In this document: positions 19,910 through 28,751 of the stretch, piece by piece
How positions within the stretch are numbered: position 1 is the first letter of the stretch
How the letters are laid out: each line of letters starts with the position of its first letter
Origin: Patescibacteria group bacterium
GTDB taxonomy: Bacteria; Patescibacteriota; Minisyncoccia; Moranbacterales; UBA1568
Assembly (NCBI GenBank): GCA_038078615.1
Contig: JBBTWT010000011.1
Location: 7,480 to 71,479 of the forward strand
Length of the DNA: 64,000 nt
Direction of reading: 5' to 3'
The notes under the pieces: generated by a model
Databases searched by the model: none
What the model was told of the DNA's origin: nothing
Seen by the model: only the letters and a program-made list of their open reading frames with translations
Program-made: the position numbers and the translations under genes

Positions 19910-20036
19910 TTAATCTTTCTTAATGTTCACCCTGTTAAATTGCTTCGCATCACCTTCGGTGGATTTAACGGGGTGAACCTCCTCCCGCACGATGTACAAT
20001 GGACGATTGATGACTCCGCTACGGATGCGGGCGATC
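19910..20036 (-). pseudogene. Diverged duplicate of the 3' end of the GT2 gene at 20624-21574, carrying a palindromic insertion
   Basis: Translates IARIRSGVINRPLYIVREE[VHPVKSTEGDAKQFNR]VNIKKD* versus IARIHNEVINRPLYIVREKVNIRGNKE*. Confidence 0.85.
19925..19978. repeat. Palindromic element
   Basis: GTTCACCCTGTTAAAT...ATTTAACGGGGTGAAC, 16-bp arms with 1 mismatch. Confidence 0.85.
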
Positions 20037-20123
20037 GCATCATAAGCCTCATTGTAGCTCATTTGCTGACGAGATACCAATTTATCCCATATCTGAGCCG
20101 ATATTCACCATATTTTTTATCTC

Positions 20124-20152
20124 TTGACAGGATGGTTTTTCTCTGATACACT
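20124..20152 (+). promoter_or_regulatory. sigma70-type promoter convergent on the PemK-like gene
   Basis: TTGACA-17 nt-TACACT with an extended -10 TG. Confidence 0.8.
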
Positions 20153-20157
20153 GTAAA

Positions 20158-20216
20158 TACAATGGCATCCCGAAAGGGAAGCTCCGAGGCTCCGCTTTCG
20201 CGGAGCCGTTTTTTTT
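20158..20216 (+). ncRNA. Predicted ~58-nt small RNA
   Basis: Lies between the promoter and an intrinsic terminator (GGCTCCGC-TTTC-GCGGAGCC, then T8); internal TCCC-GAAA-GGGA hairpin. Confidence 0.6.
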
Positions 20217-20616
20217 ATTTCTCTCCCCTTATGAAATTCCTCGTGAAATCCGCTATGACCAAAAAAATCTGATTTTCAATCTTTCCGATACGCCGCAAAA
20301 ATCTCTTTGAACTGACAACGCGAATCTGGAGTACGAGAGCGGAATAGGATTTACTATTATACTGATAACCCAGATAATAAGGATGATCCTTGGTTTTTGT
20401 GCTCAAGGGAACAACCAACGCCAAATAGCGATTGATTTTCTTGAGTACGAGCACGGGTCTTTCGTAATTATGATTTTTCCCATCTTGCTCGAATCCGATA
20501 TTCACCCCGAGCGCACACCACCAAATTTCTTTGTCACGAAAATAAACGATCTTCTCATCCGGAGTACTATGCAGTATTTCTTTCTTCTTGCACCACCCTT
20601 GGAAATCTTTTTTCAT
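20215..20616 (-). CDS. PemK/MazF-family endoribonuclease-like protein
   Basis: EIWWCALGVNIGFEQDGK...RPVLVLKK...VVPLST...LQIRVVSSKRF. Confidence 0.85.
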   Translation of the reverse strand: MKKDFQGWCKKKEILHSTPDEKIVYFRDKEIWWCALGVNIGFEQDGKNHNYERPVLVLKKINRYLALVVPLSTKTKDHPYYLGYQYNSKSYSALVLQIRVVSSKRFLRRIGKIENQIFLVIADFTRNFIRGEK

Positions 20617-20623
20617 AATTTTG

Positions 20624-21574
20624 TCATTCTTTGTTTCCCCTGATGTTCACCTTCTCCCGCACGATGTAGAGCGGACGGTTGATGACTTCGTTGTGGATGC
20701 GGGCGATGTAGAGGGCGATGAAGCCGAGCGAGACGAGCACGATGCCGATCAAGAACATATTGCTCACGCCGAGGATGGCGATCGGAGTGAACATATCCGG
20801 ATCGATGAACCAGCGGGTGACGAGCATCGCCGCAAGCAGCAGCCCGCTCACCGCCATAATGAAAACGCCTACATACCCCGCCAGACGGAGCGGGAGAAGC
20901 GAGAAAGACGTGAAGCTGTTGAGCGCGAGCCGGAACAGCTTGTTGTACGAGTAGTTCGCGTTGCCGTGGATGCGATCCGGCGCGACAAATTCCACTTTCT
21001 CCCGCTTGTATCCCATCCAGTCGATCATCCCGCGGAACATCCGCTCCCGCTCGGGAAACTTGCGGAACACTTCGATCACCTTCCTGTCCATCAGGCGGAA
21101 ATCAGTCGTTCCGGATTCCGTTTTGACCTCGGATACCTTGTTGAACACCCAATAAAAAAGCTTGGAGGAAAGTTTTTTGAACCATCCGGCTCCTTTGTTC
21201 TCCTTGCGCACGGTATAGACAACCTCGGCACCATTTTCCCAGAGTTCGAGGAATCTCGGGATAAGCTCCGGCGGATGCTGAAGATCCGCATCCATCGTGA
21301 CGACCGCATCGCCCTGCGCCACGTGACACCCGGCCGATGTCGCCGGCTCTTTGCCGAAATTCCTCGAGAAATCCAAGCCCTTGACCCGGTTATCCTCACG
21401 CGAGAGCCTGAGAATCTCGAGCAGGCTGTTATCGGTGCTGCCGTCGTTGACAAAAATGACTTCAAAAATATATTCCGGATGCGCCTCAAATATCTTCTTC
21501 ACCTCATCAAAAACAAGAGGGATGTTTTTTTCCTCATTGAAAACCGGGATGACGACGGAAATTGATTTTGTCAT
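20624..21574 (-). CDS. Polyprenol-phosphate glycosyltransferase (GtrB/ArnC-like GT2)
   Basis: VNDGSTD, SRNFGKE, MDADLQHPPE, DFRLMDR, two C-terminal TM helices. Confidence 0.93.
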   Translation of the reverse strand: MTKSISVVIPVFNEEKNIPLVFDEVKKIFEAHPEYIFEVIFVNDGSTDNSLLEILRLSREDNRVKGLDFSRNFGKEPATSAGCHVAQGDAVVTMDADLQHPPELIPRFLELWENGAEVVYTVRKENKGAGWFKKLSSKLFYWVFNKVSEVKTESGTTDFRLMDRKVIEVFRKFPERERMFRGMIDWMGYKREKVEFVAPDRIHGNANYSYNKLFRLALNSFTSFSLLPLRLAGYVGVFIMAVSGLLLAAMLVTRWFIDPDMFTPIAILGVSNMFLIGIVLVSLGFIALYIARIHNEVINRPLYIVREKVNIRGNKE

Positions 21575-21582
21575 ACACTAAA

Positions 21583-21642
21583 ACAATCTCTAATTTCTAA
21601 CATCTGATTTCTAAATAATTTCAATTTTATAATTTCCAAAAC
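21583..21642. repeat. Degenerate ~7-nt tandem repeat tract (YAATTTC-like)
   Basis: CAATCTC TAATTTC TAA...GATTTC TAAATAATTT CAATTT TATAATTTC. Confidence 0.55.
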
Positions 21643-21649
21643 AGCCAAA

Positions 21650-22957
21650 TCACCTCTCATTTGACACTGTTATTCTACACTTTTTCCAGATAAACACAAA
21701 GCCGGAAAGAAGCGCTACCGCCTGCGTGCCGATAACGATCCCGATAATCGAAGCGAGGCTCGTCCCCCAGAAGAAGAGTCCTATGGACTCGATAATCACT
21801 ATCCCCAAAAGCCACTGCGCCGCACGGATACTATGCATAGAGAGCAGCTGCTGCAGCATCAGGTTGACAACGGCGTACAGCCCGGCTGCCAGCCCGAACC
21901 AGCCGAGATATGGCGCGACCGAGAGATACTTGTCGCCGAAGAAAATGCCCATCACGAAGTTCGGAGCGAGAAAATAGACGATGACAGCGACAGCAGCCGC
22001 GAGAACCGTAAGCCCGAACGCCATCCAAAAAACCGAAAAATTCCGCGGCTGCGATTTGTTTTTCTCCACCGACTCCGACGACATCGCGAACAAAACCGCT
22101 GCCATCACGCCCGTCACGAAAAAAATCACTTTGGCCACCACGGCGAGCGCCCCGTACGCCCCGGCCAACTCGGGATCCAGAGAATGCTTGGCAAGGACTA
22201 TATCCACATTGCCGAGCACGACGAGTCCGAGCGTGCCTATGAAAGCCGTCGCGACATAGCCGCGGACGGATGAGAAATCGAACGGTTCTTTCGCTTTTTC
22301 CGATGACGCGACAGGAATATCTTTCTGGCCGTGCGTCAAAAACCGCAACCCTCTCACCGAGATGAAATACCCGATAATGCCTGCCACTGCCAGGCCGAAT
22401 ATGATGCCATCCAGTCCGAAGCCGAACCATGCCAAAACGACTCCGAGCAGCAATTTGGCGGCGGATCCGATGATACCGGCCCTATTGACCGTTCCGAACC
22501 GCTGCCATCCTGACAAGATACCGATGCTTGCCGATGTGAAAAATGTCAGTGCCGCCAGCACCCACAGGAGCGAGACGGCCAACACATCGTCGATCTTGAG
22601 AAATGACTGTACGAAAGGGGTCAGGAGAAATCCCCCCGCCACGAGCGGCCAGCCGTACTTGATGATCCGCCTGTTGAGATAAGAGAAGAGATCGCGACCG
22701 AAAGCGTAATCTTGCCGCGCTTTGGCTATCGCGCCGTATTTGGTGGCTACCATACCGAGCGCGGCTGCCGGCACCGAGACGATAGCGAGCAATGCGATGA
22801 GCGATTGGGCGGCGCCGTACGTCTCGGCGTCCACGATGCGGCCCAGAGAAAAATGGAAAGCGTAGTTGAACACATTTCCCACCATCGATCCCGCAAAAAG
22901 AATGATGCTATTCCTTACAAAAATACTTCCCTGAAGCAGCGTAATGATTCGTTTCAT
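21650..22957 (-). CDS. Oligosaccharide flippase (Wzx/MOP family)
   Basis: About 12 TM helices, NVFNYAFH, NVDIVLAKH, AGAYGA. Confidence 0.85.
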   Translation of the reverse strand: MKRIITLLQGSIFVRNSIILFAGSMVGNVFNYAFHFSLGRIVDAETYGAAQSLIALLAIVSVPAAALGMVATKYGAIAKARQDYAFGRDLFSYLNRRIIKYGWPLVAGGFLLTPFVQSFLKIDDVLAVSLLWVLAALTFFTSASIGILSGWQRFGTVNRAGIIGSAAKLLLGVVLAWFGFGLDGIIFGLAVAGIIGYFISVRGLRFLTHGQKDIPVASSEKAKEPFDFSSVRGYVATAFIGTLGLVVLGNVDIVLAKHSLDPELAGAYGALAVVAKVIFFVTGVMAAVLFAMSSESVEKNKSQPRNFSVFWMAFGLTVLAAAVAVIVYFLAPNFVMGIFFGDKYLSVAPYLGWFGLAAGLYAVVNLMLQQLLSMHSIRAAQWLLGIVIIESIGLFFWGTSLASIIGIVIGTQAVALLSGFVFIWKKCRITVSNER

Positions 22958-23003
22958 AAACAACACAAACCCACTGACTCCGTGCGTTTTTTCATACCGG
23001 AAA

Positions 23004-23348
23004 TTAAGCCTCGCGTCGCTGTATCACCCAGTGTACGAGCATATGGATGGCCGAGAGGACGAGCGCGCCGAGCACCGCGATCCAGAAGCCATGGACTTCG
23101 AAGCCCTTGATCACGCCGCCGAGCAGCCAGAGGAGGAAACCGTTTATGATGAACGTGAAGATGCCGAGGGTCAAGAGGTTGAGCGGGAGCGTGAGCACGA
23201 GAAGAATAGGCTTGATGGTGATATTCACCAGCCCCCAGAGGAGCGCCAGGACGAGCGCAGTACCGAAGCCCTGCACCGTGATGCCCGTCACGATGTACGG
23301 AAGCGCGAGAAACGCCAGCGCGCTGATAAGCCATTTCAACAAGATCAT
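23004..23348 (-). CDS. 4-TM membrane protein (YvlD/DUF360, 'phage holin 4' family)
   Basis: KPILLVLTLPLNLLTLGIFTFIING. Confidence 0.9.
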   Translation of the reverse strand: MILLKWLISALAFLALPYIVTGITVQGFGTALVLALLWGLVNITIKPILLVLTLPLNLLTLGIFTFIINGFLLWLLGGVIKGFEVHGFWIAVLGALVLSAIHMLVHWVIQRREA

Positions 23349-23362
23349 AAGGTTTGTAGTTA

Positions 23363-23807
23363 GAAAGTTTATAAAGTTCTTGAAGTGAGAAGGTTGGGAA
23401 AGTGCGAAACTAAGAACTACATGCCAAGTTTCTTGATAAAACCGGAAAGCATTCTGGAAATCTCCAATGAAAGTCCCGACATATCAGAATACCCCTTACT
23501 ATCAATATACTCCAATTTACGAGCTAAATAAAGCATGGAGCGTACTTCACCACAAGACCCTTTCGATATATACAAAAACTTCCGGAACTCCTTATTCCCT
23601 TTTCTCTCAAATCCCTCTGCTATATTGTTCATAACGGAAACGGCGGCCCGCTGGATCTGATCGCGAAAAGAATAGTCCTTACTAGACCGAAAAGCGGCAT
23701 AAACGCGCACAGAGAGCTCCTCTGCCTTTTGCCACGCGATAATATCTTCAAATCTTTCTATCGTAGCCATCATTACCACATCTTAACTTTTGACTTTATA
23801 AACTTTC
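23363..23807. mobile_element. Four-helix-bundle cassette bracketed by inverted short-repeat tracts (IVS-like)
   Basis: Perfect 15-bp inverted pair GAAAGTTTATAAAGT (23363-23377) / ACTTTATAAACTTTC (23793-23807) within AAAGT/ACTTT repeat tracts. Confidence 0.55.
23417..23770 (-). CDS. Four-helix-bundle protein (23S rRNA IVS protein family)
   Basis: FEDIIAWQKA, DQIQRAAVSVMNNIAEGFER, ISKGSCGEVRSML. Confidence 0.93.
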   Translation of the reverse strand: MATIERFEDIIAWQKAEELSVRVYAAFRSSKDYSFRDQIQRAAVSVMNNIAEGFERKGNKEFRKFLYISKGSCGEVRSMLYLARKLEYIDSKGYSDMSGLSLEISRMLSGFIKKLGM

Positions 23808-23819
23808 CACTTTACGAAC

Positions 23820-25250
23820 TCATTTGTGACCGTTGTTTTTGCGGCGTTTGATCAGGGCGCCGGCGGTTTTCAGGCAGATCAGGATATCCAGCCACAGCGA
23901 CCAGTTTTCGATGTAGAAGACGTCCAGATGGTATTCATCCTCGAAGGCGAGGTCGGAACGTCCGGAGATCTGCGCCATACCGGTCACGCCCGGCTTGATC
24001 GTCAGCAGGCGGCGATGGTATTCGGAATAGCGATCCACTTCGCGTTTCTGGTGCGGACGGGGACCGACGAGGCTCATATCGCCTTTCAGGACATTGAAAA
24101 ACTGCGGGAATTCGTCGAGGGAATAACGTTCGATGATGGCGCCTATCTTCAGCCGGCGCGGATCGTCCTTGATCTTGTACAGCACGCCGCCCTGGCGGAT
24201 GTTCTGTTTCGCGATCAGGTCTTTCTCGAATGCGATCGCTTCCTGCATATCCGGGTTCTCGTTCGTGATGCAGTGCTTCCACCGCATATAGCGGAATTTG
24301 TACACGAAGAACCTGTTGCCGTTCTCGCCGATGCGCTCGTTCTTGTAGATGATCGGCCCGTCCGGATCCTCGAGCTTGATCAGGATGGCGATGACGAGCA
24401 TCAGCGGCGAAAACAATACCGTCAGGACGGAACCCGCCACGAGGTCATATGACCGCTTCAGCACTCTGCCCCACCCGTCGAGCGGCGTGTGCTGGAACTC
24501 GATGATCGGCTCGCCGCCCCAGATCTGCATCGTGAAACGCGACGTCTGCAGCGTCGTGGGAAAATACCGGTACGTGATATTGTTGATCTGACAGAAGTCG
24601 AAGAGCTTGCCCTGCTCGTCGTCGGTGAGCGACGGATCGCCGATGATGATCTCGTCGATGCCCTTCTCCTGCCTGATGTTCTTGATGTGCATTATGCTCG
24701 CGTCATCGATCTGATCCACGACGCGGTATCCGAGCGCCTTGTTCCTGACGAGCTTGCTGCGCAGCTTCTGCATCCGGACGTTGTCGCCGATCAAGAGCAC
24801 GCGATGCACGCCCGTCCCCCGGTGCACGAGGAGCCATTTCTGGACGCGCTGGATGGCATAGCGCGCCGCGACGACGTAAAACACCGCGAGCGCCCATCCG
24901 ACGAGAATGACGAAACGCGAAGAGAACCACTCGCGATTGAGGAACACCGCGATGATGAGGATGATCAGCCCGAACGTGATCGCCTTCATCACGCCATAGG
25001 CTTCCTGCCAGAAACGACGTGTCGCACGCATGGAATACAATCCCTCTATCGCGAGAATCAGGATGAAGAACGGCGCGACGACAAGCGCGAAATTGAGATA
25101 GTCTTCGAATGACAGATTGAATACCTTGGAAACATACGCCTGAAATGCCGGGAGGCCGCGCAAAAAATATGCCGTCGCCGCCGCGAGCAGGATCATCATG
25201 AAATCGACCGGGACCTGGATGGTGCTGAAGAATATTTCTGAACGTTTCAT
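23820..25250 (-). CDS. Priming sugar transferase (WcaJ/WbaP-like polyprenyl-phosphate hexose-1-phosphotransferase)
   Basis: N-terminal TM helices, [41 protein letters not shown]. Confidence 0.93.
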   Translation of the reverse strand: MKRSEIFFSTIQVPVDFMMILLAAATAYFLRGLPAFQAYVSKVFNLSFEDYLNFALVVAPFFILILAIEGLYSMRATRRFWQEAYGVMKAITFGLIILIIAVFLNREWFSSRFVILVGWALAVFYVVAARYAIQRVQKWLLVHRGTGVHRVLLIGDNVRMQKLRSKLVRNKALGYRVVDQIDDASIMHIKNIRQEKGIDEIIIGDPSLTDDEQGKLFDFCQINNITYRYFPTTLQTSRFTMQIWGGEPIIEFQHTPLDGWGRVLKRSYDLVAGSVLTVLFSPLMLVIAILIKLEDPDGPIIYKNERIGENGNRFFVYKFRYMRWKHCITNENPDMQEAIAFEKDLIAKQNIRQGGVLYKIKDDPRRLKIGAIIERYSLDEFPQFFNVLKGDMSLVGPRPHQKREVDRYSEYHRRLLTIKPGVTGMAQISGRSDLAFEDEYHLDVFYIENWSLWLDILICLKTAGALIKRRKNNGHK

Positions 25251-25326
25251 ATCTACTAGCTTTTTAGCTTGTGAGCTTCTTAGCTTCTGAATATAGCAGA
25301 AAAATTTCTTCAAAATATTTCCAATG

Positions 25327-25969
25327 CTTTTCCAGAACAGATCTATAAGCCGGATTCTGTCCCTGTCTTGCGACAGGCGACCATCATTTCTCTTGCCCTG
25401 ATGTTGCCATCAGAATCCTTGCGGTTCTCCCCGGTTGCCCGGGGCACGACCTTGCACTCAAGTAAGGATTTAGCCGTTTCACCCGCGTAAAGAGCTTGCG
25501 CTCCACGCGGCTACGTCCCCTATCGCTAGGGAACGCCTATGTTTCTTTCGTCACATAGCGTCTCTGCTCGCACCTCGCGCCTTCCGCCGGCTGGCGGAGG
25601 CGTATGGGAATTACCCATTACCTGTACCACCGCTCTGCGGTGGAATTTCCAATTTCCAGTTCACAATTTACAATCAAATCTCAATGCATCAATGATCAAA
25701 CGGATTCTTTTGAAAATTGAGTCATTGAAAATTCAATGAAAATTGAACATTGGTTATTGAACATTTCCATCGCAAGGCGATGGCTGAGTGTCCGGACTTT
25801 CCTCGCTCCCAGCACCTCACTTGCACCACAACAGACTGCTTTCTGTTATGAAAAATAGAGAATAATACAACAAAATATTCTCTCTATTGTCTTTCTTTGC
25901 TCTTACGCCAGAGGCGTACGCGCAAGTGAGGTGCTGGGTCACGCGATGATCCGATCTGTTCTGGAAAAG
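25327..25969 (-). ncRNA. rnpB: RNase P RNA with large insertions (~640 nt)
   Basis: Minus strand has GAGGAAAGTCCGGAC (25790-25804) and ACAGAATCCGGCTTA near the 3' end; 17-bp P1 helix CTTTTCCAGAACAGATC / GATCTGTTCTGGAAAAG. Confidence 0.92.
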
Positions 25970-26000
25970 AACGGGAAATCCGTCTCTCTGGAGACAACCT

Positions 26001-26029
26001 ATTATAGCATAAAAAAACGATCCTGGCAA
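26001..26029 (-). promoter_or_regulatory. rnpB promoter
   Basis: TTGCCA-17 nt-TATAAT with an extended -10 TG. Confidence 0.8.
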
Positions 26030-26039
26030 TCCAGAAATG

Positions 26040-28466
26040 CTATTTATCCCTCAACCGAGCCCCGAATCGCTCTGCGGCTGATGCGACGATGCGGCCGAAG
26101 GTGCTGTCCATCTCTTCGCCCGAGAGCGTACGATCATCCGCGCCGAAAGAGAGATGGAACGCGAGGCTTTTTTCCCCGTCCTGCTCATAGATGTCGAAAA
26201 GCTCATATCTTCTGAGCAGCGGCGTCCCTGCCTCGCGAAGCAACGCTTCCGCCTCCGCGACGGTCACGCTCCGCCGGCTGGCGGACGGGAAAGTGAGCGA
26301 TATATCGCGCAAAGCGTATGGGAATTTCTGGAGCGGTACATACGAGATATCCTCTTTGCGGGACTGCTGCAGCGCGTCTGTCAAAAATCCCGCCATCGCT
26401 ACTCTCGGCTCGAGACCGAATGCCTTCAACACCTTGGGATGGAATTCTCCGATCACGCCGATAAAACTCCCTCTGTAAGCGATGCAGGCGCTCCGGGTGG
26501 GATGAAGCATAGCCATCGTCAGAATTTCCGGAAATGTTTCCGGGAGCTCGAATGTGATAGCGGACGTATCGATATGCAAGGCTTCGAACATCGCCGCCAC
26601 TTTTCCTTTCATAGCGAAGAATGCTTCCCCCTTCTCGCTTTTCTGCGGCAACACCGTCATCAGAAGTAGCGCGGACACTTCTGCCGGCGCCTGCATCTTT
26701 GGATTCCTGGCATAGGCTCTCCCCCATTCAAAACAGTCGAAACGATCGAAGTGGCGGAGATTCTCACGGGTCTTGCGCAACAGAAGCGGCACCGGGCTCA
26801 TACGCAGGTACTTCTGTTCCGGACTGAGCGGGTTTTCCAACTCGAGATGATGATCGAGCGGAAGCAATGCGCCACGCAGATCTTTTTCTCCGTAGAAAGA
26901 ATACGTCATCAGCTCGTCGAAGCCGGCGTGCGCGAGATACTCTTTCGCTTCGCGTTCGAAACGCTTGGCCGGATTTTGCGCAGCCGGCGCGAGCGGCGCG
27001 AGCGGCGCCTGCGCCGGTATCTGGCCATAGCTGTAGAGACGGCCGATCTCTTCGATCAGGTTCCATTCGTCGCGGAGATCGGGACGTCTGGTCGGGACAG
27101 TGACGGTAAACGCCTTTTTCTTCGCGTCCTTCTTCACCGCGAGACCGAGCAGCATGAGATACCACTGTGCCTCGGATGGCGGGATGTCTTTTCCGAGAAC
27201 GCCGGAAATGAGCGCGAGCGGCAGCCTGATTCTCCATGGTCTTTGCACGCGCGGATACACATCCCTCATTCCGACGCATACTCCTCCCGCAAGCGAAACG
27301 ATCAGGGAACAGGCTTCGTTCACGGTTTCTCCCGGGAGATTCGGATCGAGGCCGCGCTCGAAACGGTAGCTCGCGTCCGTCGGGAGATTGTGACGTCCCT
27401 TCATACGGCGGACAGTCGGGCCATCGAAGTTCGCGATTTCGAAAAAAATGTTCTTCGTCTCCTTGGTCACCGCGGCATACGCTCCGCCCATCACTCCGGC
27501 GAGCGCAAGTACCCGTGCATCATCGGCTATCACGATATCTTCCGCGGAAAGTGTCTTCGTTTCTCCGGTCAGGAGCGTGAGTGATTCACCCGCTACCGCG
27601 CGCCGGACAACGACCGCACCAGTTATCTTGTCGGCATCGAAGGCATGCATCGGCTGGCCGAAGAGGAGCATCAGATAGTTCGTGCTGTCGACGATATTGT
27701 TCACCGGCCGCATACCGGAGAGCATCAGTTTCGCTTTCAGCCAGAGCGGCGATTCGTGCACGGAAATATTCCCGAAACGTATACCGATATAGCGCGCGCA
27801 ACCAGCCTGATACTTGATGGATACCCGTGGGGCACGCCGGGTGGAAATCGGCACGATACGCTTGCCTCTCCCCACGAAACGAGGGATGTGTCCGTCGAGC
27901 GCGGCTATCTCGCGCGCCATCCCGCGGTAGGCGAGCGCATCCGCACCGCGATCCGGCAGGATCTTCACCTCGATGATACTGTCATCGAGTCCGAAATATC
28001 CCGCGAACGATACGCCGACGGGCGTGTCTTCCGGAAGTACCAGGATACCGGTATGCTCATCGCCGAGACCGAGCTCCCGAGCCGAGCAGACCATCCCCCG
28101 CGATTCGACGCCGCGCAGTTCGGCAACTTTTATTTCAATCCCTCCGGGCCCGCCTGCCGGCGAGGCAGGCAATTTCACACCGGGCAGAGCTACGGCCACT
28201 TTCTGTCCGAGAGCGATATTGGGCGCGCCACAGACGATCTGGCGGATATCATTCTTTTTCACTTCGACTTCGGCCACGCGCAATTTGTCCGCGTTCGGAT
28301 GCTGCTTGAGACTTATTACCTTGCCCACCACAATACCATCAAGCCCATGCGGGAATTTCTCGATTCCCTCCACCTCGAACGAGTGCGTCATCAACATCTC
28401 CGCCAGTTGCTGGGGTGACTTTTTGGTTCCCGACAATTCTTTGAGCCAATGGTAAGAATATTTCAT
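26040..28466 (-). CDS. pheT: Phenylalanine-tRNA ligase beta subunit
   Basis: HPNADKL, IVCGAPN, RFERGLD, PTRRPDL, C-terminal FDX-ACB domain. Confidence 0.97.
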   Translation of the reverse strand: MKYSYHWLKELSGTKKSPQQLAEMLMTHSFEVEGIEKFPHGLDGIVVGKVISLKQHPNADKLRVAEVEVKKNDIRQIVCGAPNIALGQKVAVALPGVKLPASPAGGPGGIEIKVAELRGVESRGMVCSARELGLGDEHTGILVLPEDTPVGVSFAGYFGLDDSIIEVKILPDRGADALAYRGMAREIAALDGHIPRFVGRGKRIVPISTRRAPRVSIKYQAGCARYIGIRFGNISVHESPLWLKAKLMLSGMRPVNNIVDSTNYLMLLFGQPMHAFDADKITGAVVVRRAVAGESLTLLTGETKTLSAEDIVIADDARVLALAGVMGGAYAAVTKETKNIFFEIANFDGPTVRRMKGRHNLPTDASYRFERGLDPNLPGETVNEACSLIVSLAGGVCVGMRDVYPRVQRPWRIRLPLALISGVLGKDIPPSEAQWYLMLLGLAVKKDAKKKAFTVTVPTRRPDLRDEWNLIEEIGRLYSYGQIPAQAPLAPLAPAAQNPAKRFEREAKEYLAHAGFDELMTYSFYGEKDLRGALLPLDHHLELENPLSPEQKYLRMSPVPLLLRKTRENLRHFDRFDCFEWGRAYARNPKMQAPAEVSALLLMTVLPQKSEKGEAFFAMKGKVAAMFEALHIDTSAITFELPETFPEILTMAMLHPTRSACIAYRGSFIGVIGEFHPKVLKAFGLEPRVAMAGFLTDALQQSRKEDISYVPLQKFPYALRDISLTFPSASRRSVTVAEAEALLREAGTPLLRRYELFDIYEQDGEKSLAFHLSFGADDRTLSGEEMDSTFGRIVASAAERFGARLRDK

Positions 28467-28747
28467 ATACGAGGAGAAATTGTGGGGACATTACGATACT
28501 TGAAATAAATAATCACGACGGCAAAGGCGGCGAATAGCTTGATACTGTTACCGATAATGAGCGGGATATTGTGAATAATGATCCCGTACGCCAACCACAT
28601 ACCACCTACCACCAGAATGGAAAGGAATGTCCACAAAGAAACGTCCTGCACGCTTTTTTGCCGTATACTTTTCACTGCCTGAAACAACGGGTTGAATTCC
28701 AGAAGGGTCGAGGCAACAAGCATATATTCCAATGGTGTCAGTTGCAT
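28463..28747 (-). CDS. SemiSWEET/PQ-loop family membrane protein
   Basis: 3 TM helices, PLFQAVKSIRQKSVQDVS, WLAYG, PLIIGN. Confidence 0.8.
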   Translation of the reverse strand: MQLTPLEYMLVASTLLEFNPLFQAVKSIRQKSVQDVSLWTFLSILVVGGMWLAYGIIIHNIPLIIGNSIKLFAAFAVVIIYFKYRNVPTISPRI

Positions 28748-28751
28748 AGGA

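Noticed and set aside
23004-23348. Prophage suggested by the 'holin' family gene
   Set aside because: This family is a common chromosomal membrane protein, and no phage structural, lysin or integrase genes are nearby.
23417-23770. Diversity-generating retroelement suggested by the Avd-like fold
   Set aside because: No reverse transcriptase is present, and the 19.9/20.6 kb repeat pair does not show adenine-restricted differences.
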